Of a stretch of DNA of 64,000 nt, positions 9,846 through 19,824 are shown piece after piece. Below the pieces are notes generated by a model. That model was not told the DNA's origin, did not search any database, and saw nothing but the letters and a program-made list of their open reading frames with translations. The translations under genes were made by a program, and so were the position numbers. This DNA comes from an uncultured bacterium (lineage in GTDB: Bacteria; Actinomycetota; Geothermincolia; Geothermincolales; Geothermincolaceae), in NCBI GenBank assembly GCA_963765625.1, contig CAVXXD010000005.1:322008-386007 (forward strand). The letters are read 5' to 3'. Each line of letters begins with the position of its first letter. Position 1 is the first letter of the stretch.

Positions 9846-11763
9846 TCAACGAGAGAGCGCGGCTCCACCACGTCGCCCGCGGCACGGCAGAGTAAGGTTG
9901 GTCTCCCGCGCCACTTCGACCAGCCAGTTCTCGGGGTCGGACCCCACCGCCCAGACCACCGTGTCCACCTGCATCTCCTGGTCCCGGCCGTCCGTCATCA
10001 GCACCGCCGCTTCCCGGTTGACCTCGAGCACCCGGGTGTTCAGCAACAGCCTGCCCTTCCGCAACAATCTTTTATAAAGATAGTACCCCTGCGAGCTCAG
10101 CTGGTTCACCGGCGAGAAATGCCTCTCCTCCACCACGGTGACCTCGCACCCCCGGGAGATGAGGTAGTCCGCGGTCTCCATACCGACCGCCCCCGCGCCG
10201 ACCACGATGACCCGCTGGCCGGTCTCCTTTTCACCCAGGAGTACCTGGCGGGCTTCCACCAGCTTCTTGACGGATTCCTTTCCGGGGATGTCCGGCATCC
10301 GGGGGCGCGACCCCGCAGCGATGACCACGCCGTCCCACTTCACGTCGGTGAGCATCTCCGGGCCGACCTCACACCCCAGGCCGACCTCGACGCCCAGGGC
10401 CGAGAGGCGCTTCTCCATCCAGGCCACCCAGGCGGCCAGGGGTTCCTTCCCGTCCGGCCGGGAAGCCGCCCGCAGCTGCCCGCCGGGCCCGGCATTCCGG
10501 TCGCGCACCTCCACCTCGGCACCCGCTTCGCCCAGGGTCAGGGCGGCCTGCATCCCCGCCGGCCCCGCCCCCACCACCAGGTAGCGGCCCGCACGCTCGA
10601 CCCGGCGACCAACCGTCCCCTCTTCCTGCCCGCACTCGGGGTTGACGACGCAGGTGACGGGCTGGGCCTGAAAAGTCAGGCGTTCGATACAGCCCTGGTT
10701 GCAGGAGAGGCAGGCACGTATATCCTCCGGGATGTCCCGACGCCGCCTTGTCCAGGAAGAACGGGTCGGCCAGGTGCTGCCGTCCGAAGGCCACCAGGTC
10801 CGTCCGGCCTGCCGCTATTGCTTCCGCCGCCAGGCGCGGGTCGTGCATCTTGCCGGCTATGATGACCGGCACCCCCACCGCCTGCTTGATGCTCTCCGCC
10901 CTTTCCAGGTTGATACCCGGCGGGTGGTGCCAGCCGGGACAGGTGGGGTTTCCCGGAGAATCGTACACGCCGCAGGAGACGTGGAAGGCGTCCACCCCTT
11001 CTTTCTCCAGGATGGAGAGGAAGGGCAGGATGTAATCGAGTTCGTAGCCTCCCTGTACCAGCTCGGACGAGGAGAGGCGGAAGAGCACCGGGAAGTCCTT
11101 TCCGGCCTGCCGCTTGATCTCGGCGACGATCTCCCTGGCGAAGTGGAGCCGCCCCAGTGGGGGGAGGCCGTATTCGTCCTTGCGCTTGTTGCTGTAGGGC
11201 GAGAGGAACTGGTTGACCAGGTAGCCGTGGGCACCGTGTATCTCCACCGCGTCGAAACCCGCGTCGCGGGCCCGCACGGCAGCGGCGGCGAAGCAGCCGA
11301 TCAGCTCCTCGATCTCCTGCTTGCTCAACTCGCGGGGGGTCACGCCGATGGCCCGAGCCGGTATGGCGGAAGGGGCCACCGGCTCCGCCCCGATCACCTG
11401 TGGAAAGGTCTGGCGCCCGGCGTGATGGAGCTGGAGTGCCACCGCCGCCCCTTCGTGCCTGACGGCTCGCGCCAGCTTCTGCAGGCCACGCAGAAACTTG
11501 TCGTCGTAAGCGCACAGTTCCGTGGAAAACCCCTTGCCCAGGGGGTGGACGGCACAGACCTCGGTCACGATCAGTCCCACTCCTCCTTGCGCCCGGCGGC
11601 ACAGGTAGGCCAGGAGCCGATCGCTGACTTCACCATCCCTGGTCCCGTAACCGGTGCCCATGGCCGGCATCACCGCCCGGTTCTTCAGCGCCAGGCCGCC
11701 TATGCGCACCGGCCGGAAGAGATCGTTCATGTCCCCTCCTTGATGACGCGATAGTGAAGCCAT
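9846..11763 (-). CDS. NADH:flavin oxidoreductase, old-yellow-enzyme family, with a [4Fe-4S] motif and a C-terminal FAD/NAD(P) domain (2,4-dienoyl-CoA reductase / enoate reductase-like); frameshifted
   Basis: The old-yellow-enzyme TIM-barrel domain is in ORF 10369..11763. The Fe-S motif ACLSCNQGC is visible in another frame at about 10690-10735. The pyridine-nucleotide-disulfide oxidoreductase domain is in ORF 9846..10577. Together these indicate a single-base indel near 10735. Confidence 0.75.
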
Positions 11764-12398
11764 ACCGAACCACCCTCCATCCGCTCCATGCCCAGCAACT
11801 CCAGTGGGAGCGTTCCACCGGGCGCCTCCAGGTCCGAGGCCATGAAGAGATAGCGGGGCGATGTGCCCCCCACCATGGTCGGGTCAACGACCAGGCTGAC
11901 TTCGTCCACCAGCCCGGCACGGAGCAGGACCCCGCTGAGGATCCCTCCGCAGTCCGCACGTATCACCTTGACCCCGAAGCGCTCCGCCAGTTCCTCCAGG
12001 GCGGCACGCATGTCCACCTTATCGTCGCCGGCGATGATATGGTCCACCCCGGCTCGCTCGAGGTATTCCAGATGCTCTCGCGGAGTGGTGCCGGAACAGA
12101 GAGCCACCCCGGCCCGCCAATAAGGCTCGCGCAGCAGCCTGCCCCAGAAACGGACGCGTCCCCGGCTGTCCGGCACCACCAGCAGCGGCAAGCCTTCGGC
12201 CGGCTCGAACACGTCCGGCCCGTATGGTTCGTCACCGCTCTCAGCCTGTTCCACTGGCATAGGCCGACAGTATGGTCTCACTTCCCACCAGGGTGGCGTC
12301 CTCCCCGAAACCCGCGGCGATGCCATAGAAGGCTCCGAGGTCCGGCTCTATCCAGTCCAGGCGGCCGTCCACGCTGACGGCGTTGTGCATGATAACCC
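11727..12398 (-). CDS. Dihydrofolate reductase family protein (RibD C-terminal-type reductase); frameshifted near 12258
   Basis: The N-terminus MLPRVIMHNAVSVDGRLDW is in one frame and the remainder (ending ...GGILSGVLLRAGLVDEVSLVVDPTMVGG) is in the 199-aa ORF. The stop overlaps the start of the old-yellow-enzyme-family gene. Confidence 0.55.
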
Positions 12399-12484
12399 TG
12401 GGCAGCATGCTCCCCACCTCTTTTCTACATAATGTCGATAATTGCTGGTGCCTCTCCTGTGCATTTCCCGTGTATACTCATTTT

Positions 12485-12952
12485 ATGGATTATGAGGCTA
12501 TCGTGGAAGTGTGTCCGGAAGATGCCGAAGAACTTCTCGCGTTACAGAAGCTGGCCTACAGCCGGGAGGCGGAGCGATACCTCGACCACACCATTCCCCC
12601 CATGGTCCAGACCCTGGAGCAGAAGAAGGAAGACCTCTCCTCTCACCTGTACCTGAAAGTGGAGAAAAACGGCAGGATCATCGGCGCGGTCCGGGGGTGC
12701 ATGGTGGGAAGCACCTGCCTGGTGGGCCGGCTCATCGTCCACCCCGACTTCCAGGGAAAGGGCCTGGGTCAACGCCTGCTGGCCGAGATCGAGCGGCGCT
12801 TTCCGGAGGCAGAACGTTACGAGCTGTTTACAGGGCAAGCCAGCGATATCAACCTGCACATCTACGAAAAGAACGGCTACCGGCCTTTCCGGGAAGAAAT
12901 CATCCACGAGCGGCTGACCCTGATCTACCTGGAGAAGATACCTGGAAGCTAG
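12485..12952 (+). CDS. GNAT family N-acetyltransferase
   Basis: Acetyl-CoA-binding motif RGCMVGSTCLVGRLIVHPDFQGKGLGQRLL. I moved the start to MDYEAIVEV. Confidence 0.75.
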   Translation: MDYEAIVEVCPEDAEELLALQKLAYSREAERYLDHTIPPMVQTLEQKKEDLSSHLYLKVEKNGRIIGAVRGCMVGSTCLVGRLIVHPDFQGKGLGQRLLAEIERRFPEAERYELFTGQASDINLHIYEKNGYRPFREEIIHERLTLIYLEKIPGS

Positions 12953-13413
12953 TCGACGTCCACCAGGTCCCCACACTGATTACAGCGCCTGGCGCCCCGG
13001 AAGAGAGCGTGTCCGCACCGCGGGCAGCGGTACCTCTGTTCTTCCTGCTCGACCCACTTCTCCGTGCCCAGTTCCCGCCATTGGGGGATGACCCTGTGCA
13101 TCACCTTTCTGCCAACCGGCATGATGAAATCGTCGACATGCCCACAAGGCCAGTCCGTGCACTGATGGCACCCTTCGTAACCCCGCTCACGCGTGCATGT
13201 CTTGATAGGGCAGACGCGACAGTAGAAGAAGACCTTTTCCTCCTCGGCGTTGCACCCCTCGCAGCGGATGTCCTCCGCCGGCACGTTGTAGAGGGCCGCC
13301 AGGCGCTCCTTTAACTTGGGATTGTCGTCGCGGTGGGCGATGAGGATGCTGCAGACCCCGCAGTAGAGGCCGCATGGCGGCACCAGTTCCTTCTTCACTT
13401 CCATCTTCTCCAC
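12949..13413 (-). CDS. DUF3795-like cysteine-rich protein
   Basis: CGLYCGVCSI...CEGC...CRVCPIKTC...CHQCTDWPCGH spacing of cysteines. Confidence 0.55.
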   Translation of the reverse strand: MEKMEVKKELVPPCGLYCGVCSILIAHRDDNPKLKERLAALYNVPAEDIRCEGCNAEEEKVFFYCRVCPIKTCTRERGYEGCHQCTDWPCGHVDDFIMPVGRKVMHRVIPQWRELGTEKWVEQEEQRYRCPRCGHALFRGARRCNQCGDLVDVD

Positions 13414-13557
13414 CTCCCATACACGGTCGCCCCTTTCTCACACCATTCTTCCATGATACTCCCTGTCGGCAGGTTGCCGGTTTGCGGCCCGTGCGTATGT
13501 CCGCTATTCTTTTCAATGAGCAGAGATGGCTAAGAAAAGCTCGACGAACGGAGGCAA

Positions 13558-14269
13558 ATGACCAGAGGCGCAGTTTTCGCGTTTCTTATCTTCCTGGCTT
13601 ACCTGATGGTGGGGTCATATCTCGTAAAGGGATCCTCCGAGAAAAAGGAGGGGCTGGCGAGTGTCCAGGTTTCCTTCGGCTGCATCTATCTGCTGGTGTC
13701 CCTGGTCTATCTCTTCACCGGGTTGCAGCAGGTTTTCCACGAGGCGGGAAACTTCGTCGCGGACCGGGCCTTCGCCCTCTTCTCGTTCTACGCGGCATTC
13801 TGCGTCACCATCCCGGCCAGCTATTTCTGTATTTATATCATCCGGGGGGACCTCCATTATGCCCGCCGCCTGTTGGCTTTCTTTGTCGCCGTCGCCTGCG
13901 TCGGCATCGGCATGACCAGCACGGCGACCATGTACCCCCTGCATTACAGCTGGGGGTCGACCTGGGACTTCAACTCCATCCCGCTGCATGCCTACATCAT
14001 AGTGGCAGGCTGCATTCCCGCCTTGATCGCTATTGCCCTGTTCGTGCAGATCATCTTCCAGCGCCTGGAGTCGAGCCGGGTCCGCTTTCGTATCGCTCTT
14101 CATAACCCTCTCGTTTATTTTTATAGTTGCTGGCTGGGCGATCATGCCAACCGGGTATGAACCGCTGGTCCTGGCATCCCGTCTGATGCTGTTGCTGGGC
14201 GCACTGAGCGCCCTGATCGCTTATTATCCTCCTTCCTTCCTGGCGCAACGCCTGGAACGGGACGGCTGA
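13558..14269 (+). CDS. Integral membrane protein of unknown family, paralogue A; frameshifted near 14100
   Basis: Shares the motifs YLFTGLQQVFH and YSWGSxWDF with the downstream paralogue. Its C-terminal third continues in ORF 14033..14269. Confidence 0.5.
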
Positions 14270-14354
14270 ACCACCCTGGGGGGCAGGCAGGTCAACTACC
14301 CGGGTCCGACGTATAATAATCATGGATGGCAGGTTCTTTTCTGGCGGAGGAAAA

Positions 14355-15062
14355 ATGAGCAGTGGCGCGGCTTTCTCTTTCTTCATATTCCTGCTCTACC
14401 TCGGGCTTGGGATTTACCTCTCCCGCAGGTCGGCAAGTAAGGAAGGGATGCTTGCCCCTGTCCATGTCTCCTTCGGCGCCATCTACCTCATGATCGCTTT
14501 TGCCTACCTCTTCACCGGCCTGCAGCAGGTCTTCCACCAGGCCGGCCACCCCCTTCCCGATGAGGCCTGCGCCTACCTGGCCCAATGCGTTGCCTTCGCC
14601 GTCATGATCCCGGCCGCTTATTTCTCCACTTTCCTGCTTTTCGGCAATATCCGCTTGAGCTGGTACCTCCTGATCGTCTTCCTCGTCGTCTCCTGTATCG
14701 CATGCGGGCTCGCCGGCACTTCACCGCGGCACGTGGTTGAGTACAGCTGGGGTTCCGCCTGGGACTTCGATTCGGTCCTCCTCAAGGTCTACTATGCCGT
14801 GGCCGGCAGCATACCTTCTCTGGCGGCGCTGGTGGGTTTCATCATACTCATCGTCCGTCACCTCGACACCAGGGAGAGCCGGTACCGCGCCATTTTCATC
14901 GCCGCGTCTCTCGCCTGCATCCTCTTCGCCTGGATGGTCATGCCGTCCGATCGTGAGTACCTGGTCGCGGTCTCGCGGATACTGGCCATGCTGGGATCGT
15001 TCTTGGGTTATCTCGCCTATTCCCATATCTTCCTGCCAGCCCGGGACGAGGGTCCCGCCTGA
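14355..15062 (+). CDS. Integral membrane protein of unknown family, paralogue B
   Basis: About 7 TM helices and a GGAGG RBS before MSSGAAFSFF. Paralogous to 13558..14269. Confidence 0.55.
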   Translation: MSSGAAFSFFIFLLYLGLGIYLSRRSASKEGMLAPVHVSFGAIYLMIAFAYLFTGLQQVFHQAGHPLPDEACAYLAQCVAFAVMIPAAYFSTFLLFGNIRLSWYLLIVFLVVSCIACGLAGTSPRHVVEYSWGSAWDFDSVLLKVYYAVAGSIPSLAALVGFIILIVRHLDTRESRYRAIFIAASLACILFAWMVMPSDREYLVAVSRILAMLGSFLGYLAYSHIFLPARDEGPA

Positions 15063-15086
15063 ACCCTCCCCTTCTCACGCCGCACC

Positions 15087-15944
15087 TCAGGGGTACTTCT
15101 CGAGGAAGCCGAGTATCAGCCGGTTGACGGCTCGGGGCTTCTGCATGTGTACGACATGGGTCCCTCCCCACACCACGGCCATCTCCGCGCCGGGGATGGC
15201 TGCAGCCGTCTCCCTGAACACCTCGAGGGGGTCGTCCCGGAGAGAGAGGAACTCGTCGCGGTCGCAGGCGACTACCAGGGTGGGGGCGGTGATATGGCCC
15301 AGTTCCTCCAGCGTGAAGTCGGGCAGTCCCCTCCACATCCTGGACATCCGGGCGGCGAAATCCTTACCCCGTCCCGGCTCCGGCGTGAGCAGGCGCCTGA
15401 CCGCCAGTGAGGCGATCCGGTCGGGAGAGGCAGGGTTGAGAAACTTCTCGATGCCGCGCCGGGCTTGTTCCGAGTAATTGGAGATATTGAAGGGCGCGCC
15501 CAGGAGCACCAGGCCGCGCACCAGGTCCGGGCGCCGCATGGCCAGGGCCAGAGCGGTGGTGCCGCCGTCACTGTGGCCGACCACGTGTACGGGCCCCAGG
15601 CCGAGCACCTCGATCAGGGCCGCAAAGTCATCCGCCATCCGCCGGTAGGTCAGCTCGCCCGTTCCCAGAGTGGTGCGCCCGTGGCCGCGTGTATCCGGCG
15701 CGATCACCAGGCGGCTCCGGGATAGCGCCGGGAACTGCGCCGCCCAGGTCTGGGCAAACATGAAACCGCCATGGAGCAGCAACACCGGGCTTCCCGTACC
15801 AAAACGCTTGAAGAAGATGTCGATATCCCCGGCCTTTTCCCGGCCCGAGCTGAAAGGAGGGCGCGTCCACGAGAGCCAGAGCGGGTAACCGGCCATCGCC
15901 CCGGTGAAGGCCAACCCCATCTTCAGCGACTCGATAACGGTCAT
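15087..15944 (-). CDS. Alpha/beta hydrolase
   Basis: GHSDGG nucleophile elbow and LLLHGG motif. Confidence 0.7.
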   Translation of the reverse strand: MTVIESLKMGLAFTGAMAGYPLWLSWTRPPFSSGREKAGDIDIFFKRFGTGSPVLLLHGGFMFAQTWAAQFPALSRSRLVIAPDTRGHGRTTLGTGELTYRRMADDFAALIEVLGLGPVHVVGHSDGGTTALALAMRRPDLVRGLVLLGAPFNISNYSEQARRGIEKFLNPASPDRIASLAVRRLLTPEPGRGKDFAARMSRMWRGLPDFTLEELGHITAPTLVVACDRDEFLSLRDDPLEVFRETAAAIPGAEMAVVWGGTHVVHMQKPRAVNRLILGFLEKYP

Positions 15945-16069
15945 CCGCGCCTCCTTGCCTTTCCTCAATTATGACATGCCGGGGAAAGGGCATACCGGTT
16001 ATTGATTCTGACCGGTCAGTTTGTAGATAATATCCATAACATGATCCGATGGACGGAGGGGAGGAAGGC

Positions 16070-17218
16070 ATGGGTGAGAACTACGACGCGGTGGTAGCCG
16101 GGGCGGGCCCGACCGGGCTGGCCATCGCCAGCGCCCTGGTCAAACAAGGCCTGCGGGTAGCCTGCGTGGACCCGTCTCCGGAGCGCCGCTGGACCAACAA
16201 CACCTCCACCTGGGCGGACGAAATAGAACCGCTGGGTTTGGACGTATACTGCGACCAGATATGGCGCAGGGCTGAGGTCATCTTCAACGAACGTTCCTCG
16301 CAGGTGTTCGAGCGCGGCTACACCCACTTCGACAACGACGCTTTGAAGAAAGCCCTCATGCCCCCGGCCCTGGAAATGGTGGAGGGGCGGGTCGCCGGAG
16401 CCGAACACGACCGCCAGGGCAGCACCGTTGAGCTCATGGGAGGCAAGAAGCTGCGGGCTTCCCTGGTGTTCGACGCTTCCGGCCACGATCACGTCCTGCT
16501 CCCCTCCTCCCGCGAAGCCGATTCCTTCCAGAACGTCTACGGCATCCTGGCCCGGGTGGACCGGCACCCTTTCGAGCTCGACCGCATGCTGCTGATGGAC
16601 TTCCGCCACGCCTTTCTGGGTAACCGCACCTCGCCCCCCACCTTCCTCTACGCCATGCCCTGGGACAGCGACTATGCCTTCTTTGAAGAGACCTCCCTGG
16701 CCGACTCGCCCGGCGTCCCCTTCGAAGTGCTGCAGGGGCGGCTCTACCTTCGCCTGGCCAGCCTGGGAATCAAGGTGCGGAGCGTGGAGTCGGTGGAGGT
16801 AGGCGCCCTTCCCATGAACGGGCCACTGCCGGATTTCTCGTCCCGGGTCATCGGCTTCGGAGCGGCCGGCGGCTTCGTGCAAGCCTCCACCGGCTGGTGT
16901 GTCGGTCACTCGCTGCGCCTGGCCGGTCCGGTGTCCGAACTGGTCTCCGCCGGATTGAGCAAAGGCCTGGCGCCGGAGGAGATTGCCCGTCGCGTCTACA
17001 AGCTGGTGTGGACGCCGGCCCTGCTGCGCATGCGCCGCTTCCACATGCAAGGCGGGGAATTTTTCGGACGCATCGGCATCCGCACCCTGTCGGTCTTCAT
17101 GCAGCTCTTCTTCAACGCCCCGGGCGAGATGTGGAAGGTCTACCTCTCCAACGACTGCACCATCCTGGGCATCGATCACGCCCTGGCGCGCGGCATCCGC
17201 GGGATGGCCAGGAGTTGA
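16070..17218 (+). CDS. Lycopene cyclase family protein (FAD-dependent, CrtL/CruA-like)
   Basis: YDAVVAGAGPTGLA dinucleotide-binding motif plus FLYAMP motif. GGAGGAAGG RBS before MGENYD. Confidence 0.5.
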   Translation: MGENYDAVVAGAGPTGLAIASALVKQGLRVACVDPSPERRWTNNTSTWADEIEPLGLDVYCDQIWRRAEVIFNERSSQVFERGYTHFDNDALKKALMPPALEMVEGRVAGAEHDRQGSTVELMGGKKLRASLVFDASGHDHVLLPSSREADSFQNVYGILARVDRHPFELDRMLLMDFRHAFLGNRTSPPTFLYAMPWDSDYAFFEETSLADSPGVPFEVLQGRLYLRLASLGIKVRSVESVEVGALPMNGPLPDFSSRVIGFGAAGGFVQASTGWCVGHSLRLAGPVSELVSAGLSKGLAPEEIARRVYKLVWTPALLRMRRFHMQGGEFFGRIGIRTLSVFMQLFFNAPGEMWKVYLSNDCTILGIDHALARGIRGMARS

Positions 17219-17235
17219 GGCACCGCGCCCGCCAA

Positions 17236-17640
17236 TTACAGGATAAGGTTTGAAAGGTAAAGCGCCAGGGTGCTCACGGCGCCGGTGAGCAAAGCCCCCC
17301 AAGCCAGATCGACCAGGGTTACCAGCACCGGCCAGTCCTTCAGGGTGGCCTGGTTAGTGAGGTCGTAAGTGCCATAGGCTACCAGCCCCAGCAGTGCACC
17401 GTAGAAGAAGTTCTCAAGGTAGCCGGTGCCCTGGTTGAACGCCGGCACCACCACCAGGGCAGCCAGCCCCAGGATGTAGACCAGGTAGAAGGCCCCGGCA
17501 GGCAGGAAGCTGGGTTTGTCTGCCAGCAGGTGGCCGATGCGCGCAGGGTAGAAACGCTTGCCCATCACTGCCAGCCATACCGCATCGATGGGCAGCATCA
17601 CCAGCAGGCAGGCGAGATACGCGACGAAAAAAGTCTTCAT
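17236..17640 (-). CDS. DUF2177-like small membrane protein
   Basis: 134 aa with 4 TM helices, starting at MKTFFVAYL. Confidence 0.45.
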   Translation of the reverse strand: MKTFFVAYLACLLVMLPIDAVWLAVMGKRFYPARIGHLLADKPSFLPAGAFYLVYILGLAALVVVPAFNQGTGYLENFFYGALLGLVAYGTYDLTNQATLKDWPVLVTLVDLAWGALLTGAVSTLALYLSNLIL

Positions 17641-17759
17641 GCCCCTATCATGCCCCTCGGACGCCTCATTGAAACCACCCTTTTCGACTATTCCGGAACA
17701 ATAGCGAAGGGAGCCTCCTCTAAAGCCTTTTAGTATCGCCCGAAAAATGTACCGAGGAG

Positions 17760-18551
17760 GTGAAAACCATGCCGGCAAATGCTTTCATGCAACCGCTGAC
17801 GGACGCCTGGCAGGGCTTCGTCGAATACCTCCCCTTCATCGTCGAGGGACTGGTGGTGATGCTCGCCTTCTTCTTGATAGCGAAGGTGGTGCGCTTCCTG
17901 GCGGAGAGAATTATTTACAGAATGAAGAAGTCTGAGCACGCGGCGCGCCTGCTTTCGCGCCTGGTCTTCTACGTCATCATCTGCGGCGGCGCCGTGGCCG
18001 CCCTGGCGGTCATGGGGGTAAACCCCGCCCGCCTGGCCACTTCGCTGGGGCTGCTGGGCATGGGCCTGGGCATCGCCCTGCGCGAGGTCATCGAGAACTT
18101 CATGGCCGGGGTAATACTGCTGGTGCAGAGGCCCTTCACCGTGGGCGACCAGATCACCTTCGGCGACTACGAGGGCATCGTGGAGGATGTGCGGGTGCGC
18201 GACACGGTTATCCGCCTCTACGACGGGCGGCTGGTCTACGCCCCCAACGCCCAGATATTCCGGGGCCCGGTGGTCAACAACACTTCCTCCCGCCGGCGCC
18301 GGGTCGACTTCGAGGTGCTCATCAAGCACGAGGAAGACGTGCCGACGGCGCTGGACGCCGCGGCGGAGACCCTCATGGAGGTCGACGGCATCCTGACTGA
18401 GCCCGCTCCCCTGGTGGTGGCGCGCGGCCTGGAGGAGAGCGGCGTGGTCCTGCGGGCCTACCTGTGGGTGGACCCGGTCAAGACCAGCATCCTCGAGACG
18501 AAATCCTCGGCCATCGCCGGCGTCAAGGTGGCCCTGGCCGACATGTTCTAA
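17760..18551 (+). CDS. Mechanosensitive ion channel family protein (MscS-like)
   Basis: TM helices followed by the MscS beta-domain signature FTVGDQITFGDYEGIVEDVRVRDTVIR. Confidence 0.8.
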   Translation: MKTMPANAFMQPLTDAWQGFVEYLPFIVEGLVVMLAFFLIAKVVRFLAERIIYRMKKSEHAARLLSRLVFYVIICGGAVAALAVMGVNPARLATSLGLLGMGLGIALREVIENFMAGVILLVQRPFTVGDQITFGDYEGIVEDVRVRDTVIRLYDGRLVYAPNAQIFRGPVVNNTSSRRRRVDFEVLIKHEEDVPTALDAAAETLMEVDGILTEPAPLVVARGLEESGVVLRAYLWVDPVKTSILETKSSAIAGVKVALADMF

Positions 18552-18638
18552 GGGGTCAGGTCTATCGTTCATTATTTTCTGCCAGATATTGGTAATACCA
18601 GATAATGGTTGAAAATAATAAACGATGGACCTGACCCC
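18552..18638. repeat. Palindromic repeat element, family A copy 1 (GGGGTCAGGTCTATCGTT...AACGATGGACCTGACCCC)
   Basis: 87 bp with 28-bp terminal inverted repeats around an AT-rich core containing TGGTAATACCA. Near-identical to the element at 39094..39180. Confidence 0.7.
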
Positions 18639-18677
18639 CTGTATAATCGACGTGACGACTTTAAGGGGGTTTCGACA

Positions 18678-19355
18678 TTGGACAGCGCCACCGTAAAGAA
18701 GATACTCACCGGCGAAGGGGCGTCCCTCTGCGGCATCGCGCCGGTCGACCGCTTCGTGGACGCCCCCAGCGGTTTTCACCCCCTGGACATCTACGAGTAT
18801 TGCCGGAGTGTGGTGGTGTTCGCGAAACACCTTCCGGCCGGCACCCTCTCCGCCCGCAGCCGTGTTCCCTACTCCCTCGCCAATGATGTGGTGATCGAGG
18901 AGGTGGACGCCATGGGTTTCCGGGCCTGCCTGGCGCTGGAAGAGCTCGGGGCCACTTGCGTCCCCGTACCCACGGACAGCCCCGTCGAGCACTGGGAGGA
19001 GGAACGCCGGCACGGCCAGGGAATCCTTTCCCTGCGCCACGCCGGCATGCTGGCCGGGCTGGGGGTGCTGGGGCGCAACACGCTCCTCATCAACCAGCGC
19101 TACGGCAACATGATCCAGATCGGTGCGATACTGGTCGACGTCGAACTGGAAGGCGACCCCCTGGCCTCCTACGAGACCTGCGCTCCCGACTGCGGCCTCT
19201 GCCTGGAGTCATGCCCGGCCGGAGCGCTGGACGGCACCACCGTGGACCAGTCCCTCTGCCGCCCCGTTTCCATCGTCACCAACGCGCGCGGGCAACTGGT
19301 CAAGGGGTGCTACGTCTGCCGTCGTGTCTGCCCCTGTGCGCTGGGCCTCGCTTAG
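18678..19355 (+). CDS. 4Fe-4S dicluster protein (epoxyqueuosine reductase / reductive-dehalogenase-like C-terminus)
   Basis: CxxCxxCxxxCP ferredoxin motifs (CGLCLESCP, CYVCRRVCPC). Start placed at the TTG after an AAGGGGG RBS, because the longer ORF begins inside the repeat element. Confidence 0.5.
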   Translation: MDSATVKKILTGEGASLCGIAPVDRFVDAPSGFHPLDIYEYCRSVVVFAKHLPAGTLSARSRVPYSLANDVVIEEVDAMGFRACLALEELGATCVPVPTDSPVEHWEEERRHGQGILSLRHAGMLAGLGVLGRNTLLINQRYGNMIQIGAILVDVELEGDPLASYETCAPDCGLCLESCPAGALDGTTVDQSLCRPVSIVTNARGQLVKGCYVCRRVCPCALGLA

Positions 19356-19364
19356 GAAACGGTT

Positions 19365-19815
19365 ATGGATTGGATATTCTGGGTGCTGCTGGCCGCAACG
19401 GCCCTGCACGTGGTGGAGGAGTACTTCGGCGGCCGCTTCCGCCGGTTCAGCCTGAGCCTCTCCACCATGGAATTCGTCGTGATCAACGCGGCTTTCCTGG
19501 GACTGGCGGCCTCGGCCGCGTCTCATCTGGCCGGAGCACCCTGTGTACTGCCTCTCGCTCCCGGCGCTGCTGGTGGTAAACGCGTGCGTGCACCTGGTGC
19601 CGATGGTGGCTACGCGGCGCTATTCGCCCGGCTCGGTCACGGTGCTGCTGCTTTGCGCGCCGCTTTCCGTCTATGCCTTCCACGTCGCCGACGACGCCGG
19701 CCTGGGGAGCGCGGTTAACGTACTCTCGGCTTTTGCCCTGGCGGCTTTCTGGTTGCTGCTGGCCCTGGCTTTTTCGTTTTTCTGCTGGGCCCTTCGCGAA
19801 TGGACGGGCAGGTAG
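19365..19815 (+). CDS. HXXEE domain membrane protein; frameshifted near 19545
   Basis: HVVEEY motif, and the hydrophobic sequence continues in ORF 19543..19815. Confidence 0.45.
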
Positions 19816-19824
19816 CCGCTTCCC

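Noticed and set aside
9846-11763. Considered calling the old-yellow-enzyme domain and the FAD/NAD(P) domain as two separate genes
   Set aside because: The intervening [4Fe-4S] motif CLSCNQGC is present in the third frame exactly at the junction, showing one contiguous 2,4-dienoyl-CoA-reductase-like gene broken by a 1-nt indel.
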